DNA of 57,405 nt, from the IMG/VR virus record IMGVR_UViG_648028025_000017; one strand, given 5' to 3'. Position 1 is the stretch's first letter. Each line of letters starts with the position of its first letter. Of the stretch, positions 1 through 10,956 are shown piece after piece. A program made the position numbers and the translations under genes. The notes under the pieces are model-generated. The model did not search any database. It saw only the letters and a list, made by a program, of their open reading frames with translations, and was not told where the DNA came from. This DNA is from a virus (lineage: Duplodnaviria > Heunggongvirae > Uroviricota > Caudoviricetes).

Positions 1-1158
1 ATGCTCACCGTTAAGCAGATTGAAGCAGCAAAGCCGAAAGAAAAACCATACCGCCTTCTCGATGGTAATGGCCTGTACCTTTATGTTCCTGTATCCGGGA
101 AAAAGGTATGGCAGCTTCGCTACAAGATTGACGGTAAGGAGAAAATCCTGACCGTCGGAAAATATCCGCTAATGACTTTGCAGGAGGCAAGGGATAAGGC
201 ATGGACTGCGAGGAAAGACATCTCGGTTGGCATCGATCCGGTAAAGGCGAAAAAGGCTTCGTCTAACAACAATTCCTTTAGTGCGATTTACAAGGAATGG
301 TACGAGCACAAGAAGCAAGTATGGTCAGTAGGGTATGCGACTGAACTTGCAAAAATGTTTGATGACGACATTTTGCCTATCATCGGCGGCCTTGAAATTC
401 AGGATATTGAGCCGATGCAACTGCTGGAAGTAATCCGCAGATTTGAAGATCGCGGTGCAATGGAGCGAGCAAATAAAGCCCGCAGAAGATGCGGCGAGGT
501 TTTCCGTTACGCTATTGTCACCGGCAGGGCTAAATATAACCCGGCACCTGACCTTGCTGACGCCATGAGGGGATACCGCAAGAAGAACTTCCCGTTTCTT
601 CCTGCAGACCAGATCCCGGCATTCAATAAAGCACTGGCAACATTTTCAGGAAGTATCGTATCGCTCATTGCCACCAAGGTTTTACGCTACACAGCCCTAA
701 GAACAAAAGAGCTTCGTTCCATGCAATGGAAGAACGTCGATTTTGAAAACAGGATTATCACCATTGACGCCAATGTGATGAAGGGACGCAAAATTCATGT
801 TGTCCCGATGTCGGACCAGGTGGTTGAACTTCTCACTACGTTAAGCTCCATCACCAAACCAGTATCAGAATTTGTTTTTGCCGGGCGCAACGATAAGAAG
901 AAGCCAATCTGCGAGAACGCGGTGCTACTTGTGATCAAACAAATCGGCTATGAGGGTCTGGAAAGCGGTCACGGATTCAGGCATGAATTCAGCACGATTA
1001 TGAACGAGCACGAATGGCCTGCTGACGCTATTGAAGTGCAACTGGCACATGCCAACGGCGGATCTGTGCGCGGTATTTACAACCATGCTCAGTATCTCGA
1101 TAAGCGCAGAGAAATGATGCAATGGTGGGCGGACTGGCTTGATGAAAAGGTGGAGTGA
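1..1158 (+). CDS. int: Tyrosine integrase, P4/CP4-57 type (prophage integrase; att/tRNA expected upstream, outside window)
   Basis: 385-aa ORF; N-terminal LTVKQIEAAKPKEKPYRLLDGNGLYLYV arm-binding motif typical of P4-family integrases; C-terminal GHGFRH...Y catalytic region. Confidence 0.9.
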   Translation: MLTVKQIEAAKPKEKPYRLLDGNGLYLYVPVSGKKVWQLRYKIDGKEKILTVGKYPLMTLQEARDKAWTARKDISVGIDPVKAKKASSNNNSFSAIYKEWYEHKKQVWSVGYATELAKMFDDDILPIIGGLEIQDIEPMQLLEVIRRFEDRGAMERANKARRRCGEVFRYAIVTGRAKYNPAPDLADAMRGYRKKNFPFLPADQIPAFNKALATFSGSIVSLIATKVLRYTALRTKELRSMQWKNVDFENRIITIDANVMKGRKIHVVPMSDQVVELLTTLSSITKPVSEFVFAGRNDKKKPICENAVLLVIKQIGYEGLESGHGFRHEFSTIMNEHEWPADAIEVQLAHANGGSVRGIYNHAQYLDKRREMMQWWADWLDEKVE

Positions 1159-1402
1159 ACCACCTTAACCACTATCGAAGTGCACAAAGCCTTGCAATCC
1201 AGTGCAAAGCTTGTGTGTCTTAGATTTCAGGGTTGCTTTCTTAGGCGTACAGGTTAATGAAATGCATCAAAATACCATTCACATCCACCTCACCCAGTAC
1301 TTCATAACCAACTGTTATCAGTGTATTTCCTCTCAGTTTGGTAAAGTGACAACCCTATGAGTACGAAATCGGTTAGGTGCTATCTGGCTATTGCTCTATT
1401 TA

Positions 1403-2545
1403 TCAAGGTGCTTCTCTAACGGATTCAGTTTTAATTGAAGATACATCTGATTTTTTTTGCATTCTACGAGCGATGGCATGCCCTATGGATACTGATGGTT
1501 TTTCAATAAAGTTATAAGATATGATTGATATAATAAAAGTAGCGCAAATCATAGCTAGAAAAACACCAAATCCTTTACTATCCAATACCCCGTACGGTTT
1601 GAGATATAAAACAGCAAGACTGTATACAACCATATGATTAATGTAAAGTGAATAGGATATTTCACCAACATACGTTAGAATTTTATTTCTATATACATCC
1701 CTACACTTAGAAATAAGGACTATTGGGGCTATAATCATAAATGAATAAGCCCCCCATGCTACAATTCCAGGTCCATTCCTTAACCCTAGACATAAAAAAA
1801 GCAAGGCAATCGCTAATGTAATATTAAGAAATTGAACAACAGGCATTTTATTTATAAGTCTAGAAGGTAGCCTAATGTAGGCCTCTGCAATAATCATCCC
1901 CAAAATAAAGTCATATATTATTGGATTTGATACAAATACCAGATTACGAATAATTCCATCACCAGATGGCGGTTGCGCGATAGGATTTAGAAAAACATCT
2001 CCGTGAAAGTACAGTTGACCAAGAACGCAAATAATGATGAGAAGAAATGATGCGATCGCAGTTCTATATTTATGGCTGATGCATAATGAAAAAAAGAAAA
2101 CCACATAGAACCAAATTTCATACGTTAGTGTCCATGCAGGTATTATTATACTATAACCTGACCATGGCCCTATAAAATTATAGTCAATTGGTATGAGCAA
2201 GTAGCTCTTTATTATTTGTGATGATGTATATATTGCCTCATAGTTGAGGTATATAGCCAGAGTAAGGATTATAAAGTAAACAGGGTACAACCTAAAAAAA
2301 CGCTTAGCAGCAAACACCATTGGCCGGTTTTTTGCCTTATTCATTGAAGAATAAGTAATGATAAATCCACTTATAACAAAGAATATATCAACACCAACCT
2401 CACCTATACCAAAAAGAATGTCGCCCAAGTCCTTTTGGGCATACACTCCATTTAAATATACTCTAAAGTGAAACGCAATGACTAGAAGTACCGCGATCCC
2501 TCTAAGGACTTGAATAGAGTCTAACTTATTTGTTTTTCTTTCCAT
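1403..2545 (-). CDS. Acyltransferase family 3 integral membrane protein (Oac/OafA-like, probable LPS/O-antigen O-acetyltransferase)
   Basis: 380-aa polytopic ORF, very AT-rich, N-terminal LRGIAVLLV..H motif of acyltransferase-3 family; sits between integrase and tailspike as serotype-conversion modules do. Confidence 0.8.
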   Translation of the reverse strand: MERKTNKLDSIQVLRGIAVLLVIAFHFRVYLNGVYAQKDLGDILFGIGEVGVDIFFVISGFIITYSSMNKAKNRPMVFAAKRFFRLYPVYFIILTLAIYLNYEAIYTSSQIIKSYLLIPIDYNFIGPWSGYSIIIPAWTLTYEIWFYVVFFFSLCISHKYRTAIASFLLIIICVLGQLYFHGDVFLNPIAQPPSGDGIIRNLVFVSNPIIYDFILGMIIAEAYIRLPSRLINKMPVVQFLNITLAIALLFLCLGLRNGPGIVAWGAYSFMIIAPIVLISKCRDVYRNKILTYVGEISYSLYINHMVVYSLAVLYLKPYGVLDSKGFGVFLAMICATFIISIISYNFIEKPSVSIGHAIARRMQKKSDVSSIKTESVREAP

Positions 2546-2615
2546 ATCAAAATGTGTTTTACTGATTTTTTTTAAACATACCAGATCAAAGTAATCATTT
2601 CAATACATAGGTCTT

Positions 2616-4739
2616 TTAAAAGTTTCCCTCTGATAAGAAAGAATAGGTTCCTGGCCCACCTGGAATATTGCATGTCCATGCCTTTGGTTGTCCTGAAGCA
2701 GGTGCGCTATTGATAACACGCTCACCTATATCCCAGAAACCGGATGTAGGTACTGACGAAAGATAAAATGTTGTTTTTTCAACTTGCAACGCGTTTGATG
2801 GCATTCCATATGCACATAGAGAAGGTGAGTTTATGAGTACATTTCCTGAACCATAATTTCTTATACCAACATTTATAGCTGTATCAGTTTCGTATATATA
2901 CACACCACAACTAACATAGCTCCATTTCCCATTACCAGCTAAAGGTGCTGTAGAGTCTGTTTGTCCTGCACCATTAATTATAAACATAAGTTTTGACGCT
3001 GATCCCTGGTCATTGACCCACGCACCAAACCATACAAATTTCCCTTTTAGTTCTGGTGATTTGTTGAGGTCTATCGTTCGTCCCCAAACTCTATCTCCTG
3101 TCGTAACTAAGAATGAATAATTACCAGCATAGATGTTTTGAGTTTTTATCAATGTTCCTGTAGTTCCAGATGCCGCAGTCCAGAGCAACATATTTCGATC
3201 AAGATAGTTAGCAGTTAACTCTCTGTTCGCAATATCTATTAAATGCGCAGTGTCAGGGTTTTGTGTCGCCGGGTCATAACTACCAACGTATCCGATGGAG
3301 TTCACTGTGTTGTTGGCAAGATATAGCCTGTCAGTAACTTTGGACGAAAGATTATTGTGGTACATTGCTAATAAATTATTCACTTTCGATGCGTCTAATA
3401 ACTGATTATTTTCAATCGTCAGGTTTTTCGCATAGTTCGTGAAAATAAATCCGTCTTGGTTAGGTAGCGCGCTGGCGTAGCCAATCGCGGTCTGCTGATT
3501 CCCGCGAATAGATACGGTATCATTAATTTTTGAAAGGTCAGGAATTAATGTAAAATTGTTCGCGATAAGGTGGATATCCGCACGTACTGTAATAGACTCA
3601 GGTACACTATACGGGTAACCAATCTCACCGTTGCGTTCCCAATAGTTAGCATCAAGGTTAAGGCCTTTAACCCCGTAAGCCAAAAGTCCGTAGAACTTAT
3701 TTTGCTCTATATTGTTGCCATTAACTCTGACGCTCATACCGCCCTCAGCGTAAGCTGGCGTAAGTAAAACTCCACCGGCTCCGTTACCATAGATACGGCT
3801 GTTGATTATATTAATATTATTGCAGTAACCACCAACATTAATACCGTTACCGGCGTTTTGAAACAACCGGCACCCAATGATGTCAATGGAGTAACCGTTA
3901 ACTAATATTGCGTTGTTATTAGTATTAACCACGTCAATATTTTCTATTTTAATGTGGTTGGCTTCAGTAAGACTGATGCCGTTAGCTGCGTAGCCATTTC
4001 CGTCAAGACCAAAGTCCCTGAACTCGCAGAACGTAATTACCCCATCTTGTTGCGTGATTATCGGTGCCGCTGTACCCGTAGAGAAAATTCTGGACTGATA
4101 TGCGCCAGCACCTCGTATCATGGTGACAGTATTCTTAATCGTAATACCAGGGTCAACAATGAACGCCCCCTCTGGTATAACAATCTCAGTTGGCAACGTA
4201 GCATCATCAATAGCCTTCTGAAATGCAGCTTTGTTCTGAGCACCGGTGTTTCCCTCAGCAAACCCGTAGTCTGTAAGCGTCCTCAGGTCGATAGTTAGCT
4301 TTTTTGAGAGAATGGTCGATGTGCTATCGACAAACTGTGGGTTATGCATGACTAGAGAGTCGCCAAGTGAGTGATCTTCGCTCAGGAGATTGCCCTTAAA
4401 CTGATCTGGATCATACTTTAGCACATTCGGAAAATAGAACTGCTGCGCACCGTATGCATCATAAACAGCCATAGAATGGCCTTGCACAGTTACGAACTTG
4501 GCAATCTGTCCGTTATATACAGGGTAACCAGCAGCGTTAATGATGATTGGTTGCGAAACAGGAACGTGAGAACCGTCTTCGTTTTCCACATAAACCTGAA
4601 TCTGGTTTTCTGGATTTACCGGGTCAGTGTCAATTTTACCGATATAAATTTTTCCATTGGCTACGGCTTTAAAAGAGCGAGACATAGTGAAGAGTTGCGA
4701 AGGCATGCTGACCACAACATTTGCGGTGATATCTGACAT
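2616..4739 (-). CDS. Tailspike protein: P22 gp9-type N-terminal head-binding domain fused to a divergent beta-helix receptor-binding/depolymerase domain
   Basis: Start placed at [10 protein letters not shown] (ATG 4739, GGAG 8 nt upstream); first ~110 aa match recalled P22 gp9 N-terminus ([31 protein letters not shown]); remainder repetitive G/N-rich beta-helix-like. Confidence 0.9.
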   Translation of the reverse strand: MSDITANVVVSMPSQLFTMSRSFKAVANGKIYIGKIDTDPVNPENQIQVYVENEDGSHVPVSQPIIINAAGYPVYNGQIAKFVTVQGHSMAVYDAYGAQQFYFPNVLKYDPDQFKGNLLSEDHSLGDSLVMHNPQFVDSTSTILSKKLTIDLRTLTDYGFAEGNTGAQNKAAFQKAIDDATLPTEIVIPEGAFIVDPGITIKNTVTMIRGAGAYQSRIFSTGTAAPIITQQDGVITFCEFRDFGLDGNGYAANGISLTEANHIKIENIDVVNTNNNAILVNGYSIDIIGCRLFQNAGNGINVGGYCNNINIINSRIYGNGAGGVLLTPAYAEGGMSVRVNGNNIEQNKFYGLLAYGVKGLNLDANYWERNGEIGYPYSVPESITVRADIHLIANNFTLIPDLSKINDTVSIRGNQQTAIGYASALPNQDGFIFTNYAKNLTIENNQLLDASKVNNLLAMYHNNLSSKVTDRLYLANNTVNSIGYVGSYDPATQNPDTAHLIDIANRELTANYLDRNMLLWTAASGTTGTLIKTQNIYAGNYSFLVTTGDRVWGRTIDLNKSPELKGKFVWFGAWVNDQGSASKLMFIINGAGQTDSTAPLAGNGKWSYVSCGVYIYETDTAINVGIRNYGSGNVLINSPSLCAYGMPSNALQVEKTTFYLSSVPTSGFWDIGERVINSAPASGQPKAWTCNIPGGPGTYSFLSEGNF

Positions 4740-4827
4740 TTCATTGCTCCAGAAGAATGATATGATGCAACCATGATGTGATTGCATACCGAAATGGTAC
4801 TATTGAGTATTTATCCAGTAGGTTACG

Positions 4828-5127
4828 ATGCCATTCCACCCAACTGGTGAGGCATCAAGGATGTACAGCAAATACGACGAGGCGCAGTTTCACTTGAGAC
4901 TTCCGCATGAACTCCACGCGAAAATTAAACAGCGCGCGAAGATGAATAACAGGTCGCTGAACTCAGAGATAATTGCAGCGATTGAAGAATCGTTGGCTAA
5001 ACAAAGCTCTGCATCCGTTTACATTGATGATGCAGAGCGTATGGCAGAACAACAATCTGATATGGTTAAGAAAATGGTTTTTGAAACGCTTAAGACCATG
5101 TATAGCAATAATAAAAAGGAAACATAG
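4828..5127 (+). CDS. mnt: Arc/Mnt-family ribbon-helix-helix repressor (alternative start at 4861)
   Basis: FHLRLPHELHAKIKQRAKMNNRSLNSEI RHH motif and C-terminal SDMVKKMVFETLK resemble P22 Mnt; position between gp16 and tailspike equals P22 immI. Confidence 0.6.
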   Translation: MPFHPTGEASRMYSKYDEAQFHLRLPHELHAKIKQRAKMNNRSLNSEIIAAIEESLAKQSSASVYIDDAERMAEQQSDMVKKMVFETLKTMYSNNKKET

Positions 5128-5197
5128 AAATCTAGTTTCCGGCTAAAATGGCATTGCCTTCATGATATCCTGTGAAAAACTAAGGAGAGTTAACCAT

Positions 5198-5683
5198 ATG
5201 AAAAAATCACTGTTAATTATCCCGCTTCTGCTGGTTGGATGCGCAAAAGTAAGTGACTATCAAGCAAGTTGCGAACAACGCTATCAAAAGCTTAGCGATA
5301 TGGCTAATTGCCTTGATGCCAGTGTGAAGAACGACTCACGCATGGCATCAGCACCAACACCTAAGCTGTATGTCCTTGCTGCAAAGATGCTCGGGAAAGG
5401 TGTCGATGAAGGCAAGATAAGTGACGCACAGGCAAGACTTGAGCTTCAGAATCTTTATGTTCAATTACAAAGCCAAGAACAAGCCCAACAAATAGCACAA
5501 AGCCAAGCATTCCAGCAGGCTTTATTGAATTATCAGGCTGTAAACACAATGCAAGCGATCGAGCAAAAAGCGCGCCAGCCTGTTATAACTCAACCTTACC
5601 CAACACGCGTTGACACATATACAAACTGCAATTCAGGATTTGGAAACACGGTAACATGCAACAGTAGCAGTAATATCAGGTAG
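5198..5683 (+). CDS. Lipoprotein of unknown function (possible superinfection-exclusion moron)
   Basis: Start at MKKSLLIIPLLLVGC with AAGGAGAG RBS; lipobox LLVGC; Q-rich mature part; no family recognised. Confidence 0.6.
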   Translation: MKKSLLIIPLLLVGCAKVSDYQASCEQRYQKLSDMANCLDASVKNDSRMASAPTPKLYVLAAKMLGKGVDEGKISDAQARLELQNLYVQLQSQEQAQQIAQSQAFQQALLNYQAVNTMQAIEQKARQPVITQPYPTRVDTYTNCNSGFGNTVTCNSSSNIR

Positions 5684-5697
5684 TTACATCTTATCTT

Positions 5698-7545
5698 TTA
5701 TTGCTGTTCTGCTGTAATTTGGCTTGAGAGTATAGGGCGTATCGCATTTGCAGCATTATTTAGCGCTCTTTCATAGGCTGGTGTTCCTGCTTTGGTGTTT
5801 GCCAAACGTAAGAGAGCATTCCTTGCTGCTTTGGACTCATACAAGCGCATCATTGCACCGAAACCAGCCTCAAGCCCCATTGATACGCCAAGAGTCGCAG
5901 TTGCGCCAATCGTCCTTATCCTGTTGGCTTGCGATTGCCCAGTCTGAGTTACTACATTTGCGGTGTCTGACCTTGCTGTTTTCTGTAGAACTTCATGAAG
6001 AGAATCAAGCTCTTTCATGTGCTTTCCAGAAAAAATAGTGTTGTAAATTTCACCACCTGACTGAGATTTCAGCTTATTAACTTCAGTGATGAACTTGGCT
6101 GGAGAGTCACCGGCCTTTTCCGCTATTTTGCTGACGTAAGCTGCACGCATAGCATCTTTCCCTTTATCATCCAATGCGCTCCAGATTCGTTTCACGTCAG
6201 ATGGTTTTCTGCTTAATACAACAGTATTTATAAGTTCAGGACTGGCTTCACTGCTTGCCTTGTTGAGCTTGTTAGCAATGTTTTTATTAAGCACCTTATT
6301 ATAAACGTTTGCATAATCGGAATTTGCTTTAAGGTATTTTGCTGCGTCTGACGCACCGAGGTTTTTTGCAACTGCGTTACGAAGGTCTTTTGACATTGCA
6401 TTCTCTACCATATTGGTAGCTGCTTTTGCCTGGTTGGGGAAGACCATAGCATCTCCCTGAACATTAGATCTAAATGCTGTTCTGTGCTGACGCAAGAGAT
6501 CAAACGTAACATCCAAATCAGTTGCAGGGTTTGCTAATTCTTCACGCAGGTTACGCAAGGATGTAAGCAGGCTTTGATTGGCTGAAGTCCCAAGCCGTTC
6601 CTGTCTTGCGATCGCTGTATTCAGAGCATTCATGGTATTTGTAGTATCAACTGCGGCATTACCCATTTTATTGGTGACGTCATTGATAACAGCGCCAGCA
6701 GCATCCTTCCGCCCCCTTAACGTGGTGGTCAGAGATTTCACCACATCATCAGGGTTGTACTCACCAAAACGGTCAAAATAATTGCTTACCAGCTTACTAC
6801 GCGTTGCATATTGCTCTGCTCGCTTTGAGCCCGTCCCGAGCAAAGCCCCCTCGGCATCCTGAGTAAGGCCGCGAGTGAAAGCATTTTTCGGCGGGATAAC
6901 ATCAGATGTCATTGGTGTCACGCCCATCGATTCTGATGTGGCAATTTTCTTCGCCACTTCTGGCGCAATATCACCTTTTATAGCCGTTATTCCACGCCCT
7001 ATTCCCTTTGCTGCTGCGGAAAGAACACCCTGAGCGGCAAGGTTAACTCCGGCATTTTTAGCTGCATTTTGTGCGAAATCGCCTTTCTGATTTGCGGCCT
7101 CTGCCAGCGATCCAATAGCCATGCTTCCTGCCGTTCCAACTCCTGGAACTAAATACCCACCAATTGTTTCACCGGCTTGTGCGTATGGGTCTGTCGGTTT
7201 GTCTACTGGACGATAAACATCATCCAAAACTTTTGGCCCACCAAGCCCCTGACTGATTGCATTAATCAGACTTGCGCCACCCTGCAATACGTCAAATGGT
7301 ATGTTTACCAGACCACGACCAGCCTGTTCTGCAATTTGCCCTGCACTTTGACCACCAGTGAGCCAATCGCCAGCTTGTTGCATCAATGATGGTTCGTCCC
7401 GTGTTGGTGCATTATTGGCCTGATTAACTGTTTGTTGCTGAACAGCCTGACCAGCAAAATACTCATCAATGGCGGTGCCAATATCTTCGGTGCTCGTACC
7501 ATCAGGAAAGGTAAATGTCTTACCGTTTGCAGTTACTTTCATCAT
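5698..7545 (-). CDS. Ejection (internal virion) protein, P22 gp16-like
   Basis: 615 aa, position and size match P22 gene 16; A/G/N-rich. Confidence 0.75.
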   Translation of the reverse strand: MMKVTANGKTFTFPDGTSTEDIGTAIDEYFAGQAVQQQTVNQANNAPTRDEPSLMQQAGDWLTGGQSAGQIAEQAGRGLVNIPFDVLQGGASLINAISQGLGGPKVLDDVYRPVDKPTDPYAQAGETIGGYLVPGVGTAGSMAIGSLAEAANQKGDFAQNAAKNAGVNLAAQGVLSAAAKGIGRGITAIKGDIAPEVAKKIATSESMGVTPMTSDVIPPKNAFTRGLTQDAEGALLGTGSKRAEQYATRSKLVSNYFDRFGEYNPDDVVKSLTTTLRGRKDAAGAVINDVTNKMGNAAVDTTNTMNALNTAIARQERLGTSANQSLLTSLRNLREELANPATDLDVTFDLLRQHRTAFRSNVQGDAMVFPNQAKAATNMVENAMSKDLRNAVAKNLGASDAAKYLKANSDYANVYNKVLNKNIANKLNKASSEASPELINTVVLSRKPSDVKRIWSALDDKGKDAMRAAYVSKIAEKAGDSPAKFITEVNKLKSQSGGEIYNTIFSGKHMKELDSLHEVLQKTARSDTANVVTQTGQSQANRIRTIGATATLGVSMGLEAGFGAMMRLYESKAARNALLRLANTKAGTPAYERALNNAANAIRPILSSQITAEQQ

Positions 7546-8948
7546 TCCACCGTAAATTGAATGCCTGATTTTGAGGTATATGATCCAACCTGATTCCGTG
7601 GTTCTCCTGAAGGTGTCGAATCTTGTGCTGGCGCTGCGTCAGTATTCATTGACATATACCGCTTAACGGCACTCCCCAATGATTCACCTTTTTTAACATC
7701 CAACCCCAATATCTGACCGCCATTACGCGATTGTCCAGGGTTGCCATTCGCGCTCATCCACTCGGCTTTAAACTCATTAAACTGCGCGTTTCGTCGCTCA
7801 AGGTTTGCCATTGCATCAAGCCATCTTGCGACCGTCTCAGGGTTATCCATGTCAGTTGGCGCACCCTGTCGAACGATCTCAACGTCTTTATCCGTTGCTG
7901 GGCCGGGAGGTAGGAATTTAAGAACCTGACTGTTAACAAGGGCATTTTGGCGAATGCGCAAATCACGCAATGTTGTATCGCTTCCGGTAAGTTTTGCGAA
8001 CATGTTCTGTGCGTTACCGAACAAACCTGTCGTTGGTTTTTCTGCTCTGAACTGTTGAGCAAGCGCACTCATAGAATTGGCTGAGTTTGATGATGCTGTA
8101 GCATTGTTTACAGCCGTCTCGATGCCTTTTTCCATGTTTACTGACAGCTTAGGTGCTTCGCTAATCAACTGCTGAGCCTTTTCCTGCGCTTGCTGCATCT
8201 TAAACCCGAACTCTTGCTGATCCAGAGCCAAGCGTTGTGCTGCGATATTGTGCCCAGTCATTGCTGACTGATAGGAAAGGTTTTGCCCTCTCGCCTGAAG
8301 TGCTTCTCCAGCCTGATTGCTGCGGATTGTCTCTGCCAGTCTGCCTCGGTCAATTTCACGACCAGCCATCTTGTCCTGAACATTGAAGTAATCAATTGGA
8401 CCAAGAGCAGCCATTCCAAGGTGATCAACAAACTCACCAAATCCTGAAGGGTTCTGCTGATACATCTGAGCAACGCTGTTAGGGTCAACACCGACGCGAG
8501 TCAGTTCCTTGGCGTTGTTTTGCAGCCATGATTGCATTGCTTCTGGAGACGATGACGCAAGGCGTGCGCCAGCCGCTAAGGTGCCGATAGAATTACGCTG
8601 GTCTTCATCAATGAATCCCATGCCTTTACGAACGGATTCAATCTGGTCTGGATATTGAGTAGCCAACTGACGCAAAGCACCGCGATCACCAGACGCATAA
8701 GCATTAGCGTACGCCTGCTGAAATTCTTTCTGCCGCTGAGCCTGCTTTTCCTGCTGAAACACCCCTGCAATACCTGAAAGGCCTTGCAAAGCAGTCAGCC
8801 CAACATTGTTAGCGCCTGAACGATCAATATCATTGTTCTGCCTGATAAGCTGAAGCGTATTGCCGATGTCATTTACGCTCGGAGCGTTTGAGTTGACGCC
8901 GCCGATACCAGCCAACAATCCGCCGTTTGTTCCTTGCCAAGTAGCCAT
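7542..8948 (-). CDS. Ejection protein, P22 gp20-like
   Basis: 468 aa; 4-bp overlap with downstream gene; position/size match P22 gene 20. Confidence 0.75.
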   Translation of the reverse strand: MATWQGTNGGLLAGIGGVNSNAPSVNDIGNTLQLIRQNNDIDRSGANNVGLTALQGLSGIAGVFQQEKQAQRQKEFQQAYANAYASGDRGALRQLATQYPDQIESVRKGMGFIDEDQRNSIGTLAAGARLASSSPEAMQSWLQNNAKELTRVGVDPNSVAQMYQQNPSGFGEFVDHLGMAALGPIDYFNVQDKMAGREIDRGRLAETIRSNQAGEALQARGQNLSYQSAMTGHNIAAQRLALDQQEFGFKMQQAQEKAQQLISEAPKLSVNMEKGIETAVNNATASSNSANSMSALAQQFRAEKPTTGLFGNAQNMFAKLTGSDTTLRDLRIRQNALVNSQVLKFLPPGPATDKDVEIVRQGAPTDMDNPETVARWLDAMANLERRNAQFNEFKAEWMSANGNPGQSRNGGQILGLDVKKGESLGSAVKRYMSMNTDAAPAQDSTPSGEPRNQVGSYTSKSGIQFTVE

Positions 8949-8957
8949 GATTACCCC

Positions 8958-9650
8958 TTAAAACAACGAGCCAAGCAATCCGATACCAGCACCAATGCCA
9001 GCGCCCCAAGGCGTTGATGTTCCCAAAAGGCTGGCAAGACCTGCACCGGCAATCGCACCAGATGTGCCGCCGCTAATTGCAGTCTGAAGACTTGATGGTT
9101 TATTGGCATTAGCAGCGGCAAGTGCTGCGCTTTGCTGTGCAATGCTGCTCATGTTGTTGGCGTACGTCTGCCCGGCGTTTGCCTGACCTTGCAGTGCACC
9201 AAGCCCAACGTTTGCCAGATTGTTGTAATTGCTCATCTGATTTGATAACCAAGACTGACCGAGTGTCGGCGCGATCGTAGCCAGTTGATTGCTTGTGGCT
9301 GTCGAACCAAGTCCACCCGTCGCCTCCGCAGCAGCAAGACTCTGGTAACGAGCCTGACCTGCAAGGTCTTTATACTGCTGAGAGTTGTAATACTGATTAA
9401 GTGCCTGCCCCTGACCTTCTAAACTGGAAAGATTCTGAAGCTGGTTAACATACTGCTCCGCAAGCGGCGTGAACGGAGCAAGGTTTTTCATGATCGTCTG
9501 CCACTGCTGATTTTGCAGGTCTGCGGCATACTTCTGAGCTTCTGCTGCATACTTTGCGCTTTTATCAGAGCTGCCACCTTTCCCGCCTTTTTCAGGGCAA
9601 TAAGGTTCCTCGCCGCGCAGTTTTCTGCCCAGCTTAAATGCATATAACAT
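8958..9650 (-). CDS. Ejection protein, P22 gp7-like
   Basis: 230 aa; glycine-rich C-terminal tail; position/size match P22 gene 7. Confidence 0.75.
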   Translation of the reverse strand: MLYAFKLGRKLRGEEPYCPEKGGKGGSSDKSAKYAAEAQKYAADLQNQQWQTIMKNLAPFTPLAEQYVNQLQNLSSLEGQGQALNQYYNSQQYKDLAGQARYQSLAAAEATGGLGSTATSNQLATIAPTLGQSWLSNQMSNYNNLANVGLGALQGQANAGQTYANNMSSIAQQSAALAAANANKPSSLQTAISGGTSGAIAGAGLASLLGTSTPWGAGIGAGIGLLGSLF

Positions 9651-9652
9651 AG

Positions 9653-10108
9653 CTATCTCCCGTGATTCAGGAAGTCGATTAGTTCTTCGCGTGTGGCGCT
9701 GTAAAACGTCACGTCATCCACGCCTTTGAAGTATTTCTTGATGGTTCCTACACGCTTAAGGCCAATCATTGCGCAGTACATCTGACCGTGGCGGAATTTG
9801 CGCGCAGCGAACGATGTGACGCACTGAACGGTGGTGTTAGTCAGAATGTATCGCCAGAACGCCAGCCCGATTTCCTTGCTGAATCCACGAACCTCTGGCA
9901 GGTACATGGCGTGGCAATCGAATGTAAGCGGCTGAATTTCCTGATAGTAAACAATGCCGCCAAACTGACCGTACACGTTAACCTCAAAGTAACGGCATTC
10001 AGGCTTGTAGTCGTATCCATCACCGTTGTTGCTTCCGGCAATAATGTCAGGGTGATTTCCGACTGCTTCTATCAGGTCGATGTTTCGCGTTGGTTTGAAC
10101 TGAATCAT
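9653..10108 (-). CDS. Head assembly / DNA stabilisation protein, P22 gp14-like (by position)
   Basis: 151-aa ORF between tail needle and gp7 homologues; assignment by synteny only. Confidence 0.55.
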   Translation of the reverse strand: MIQFKPTRNIDLIEAVGNHPDIIAGSNNGDGYDYKPECRYFEVNVYGQFGGIVYYQEIQPLTFDCHAMYLPEVRGFSKEIGLAFWRYILTNTTVQCVTSFAARKFRHGQMYCAMIGLKRVGTIKKYFKGVDDVTFYSATREELIDFLNHGR

Positions 10109-10956
10109 TACTGCTCCGCGATTATCTTGATGGTTGTGGCAGTAAACGCCGCACCATTTGACTGAATGGTTAACGTGCTGCCATTTGTGGCAAGAAAGCC
10201 GTCTTTATCCACGCTGAAGAACGTAGCTAACAGGATGTTATCGGTCGTTGTCGCCGAGTTGCGACTGCTTACCAGTGTGTCAGGAACAGAGCCGGAAAAT
10301 GTTAGTTGCATTGACCTGTTGGCGGTTCCGCTGGGCCACGTCCCGACGATCGACAGCTTGAAGAACAAGGTTTTGTTCTCGTTGAACACAACCATCTTGT
10401 TGTTAACGGTGTCGAAGAATGGTGCCAACGAGCCTGATGACGGCGTGAGCGTTTTCAGCAGGCTAACAAGGTTGGTCGGCGCTGTCGGGATGGTTACAGA
10501 TACGCCAGAGTAAACAACCTCTGACTTCTTGCGAGTAGTGGCATACTCCAGAGCATCAATGCGCGATTCATGGTCTGAAACCTGCGATTCCAGCGACTGA
10601 ACTCTGGTATCAAGCGACGCAATATCGCTTTCATTCTGAGCGATTCGCGTTTCATGTTCCTGAAGAGTTGATTCTGCCTGGCTGATTCGCTCCTCATGAT
10701 TAACAAGCGTTGCTTCCGCAGCAGAAATTCGCTGCTCATGGTCAGCGAGAATCACATCCTGCTCATCGTTCCTGACTTGTGCGTCATAAGCGCCCTGTCC
10801 GGCCTCGTTGGCCTTGTTAGCCACATTACCAACATCAGTACCCTGTGCGATAACGTAAAGCAGATACGACTGCGAGAAGATATTGCGTGGAAGGACTGAT
10901 GTGTCGAGCCGTGTAGCCTGAATGATTACCGGCACATTGAGATTCGAATCCGCCAT
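10108..10956 (-). CDS. Tail needle protein (P22 gp26-like trimeric coiled coil with C-terminal knob, Sf6-type)
   Basis: 282 aa; heptad-repeat middle ([43 protein letters not shown]) and distinct C-terminal domain. Confidence 0.85.
   Translation of the reverse strand: MADSNLNVPVIIQATRLDTSVLPRNIFSQSYLLYVIAQGTDVGNVANKANEAGQGAYDAQVRNDEQDVILADHEQRISAAEATLVNHEERISQAESTLQEHETRIAQNESDIASLDTRVQSLESQVSDHESRIDALEYATTRKKSEVVYSGVSVTIPTAPTNLVSLLKTLTPSSGSLAPFFDTVNNKMVVFNENKTLFFKLSIVGTWPSGTANRSMQLTFSGSVPDTLVSSRNSATTTDNILLATFFSVDKDGFLATNGSTLTIQSNGAAFTATTIKIIAEQ

Noticed and set aside
1159-1402. Possible att site or tRNA gene between the first integrase and the acyltransferase gene
   Set aside because: No tRNA-like sequence and no copy of the CTGCAGGGGACACCA core are present; P4-type integrases usually have their att upstream of the gene, which here is outside the window.
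3570-4736. Plus-strand ORFs of 65-114 aa inside the tailspike gene
   Set aside because: They are antisense to a well-supported coding sequence, with no translation signals and low-complexity translations.
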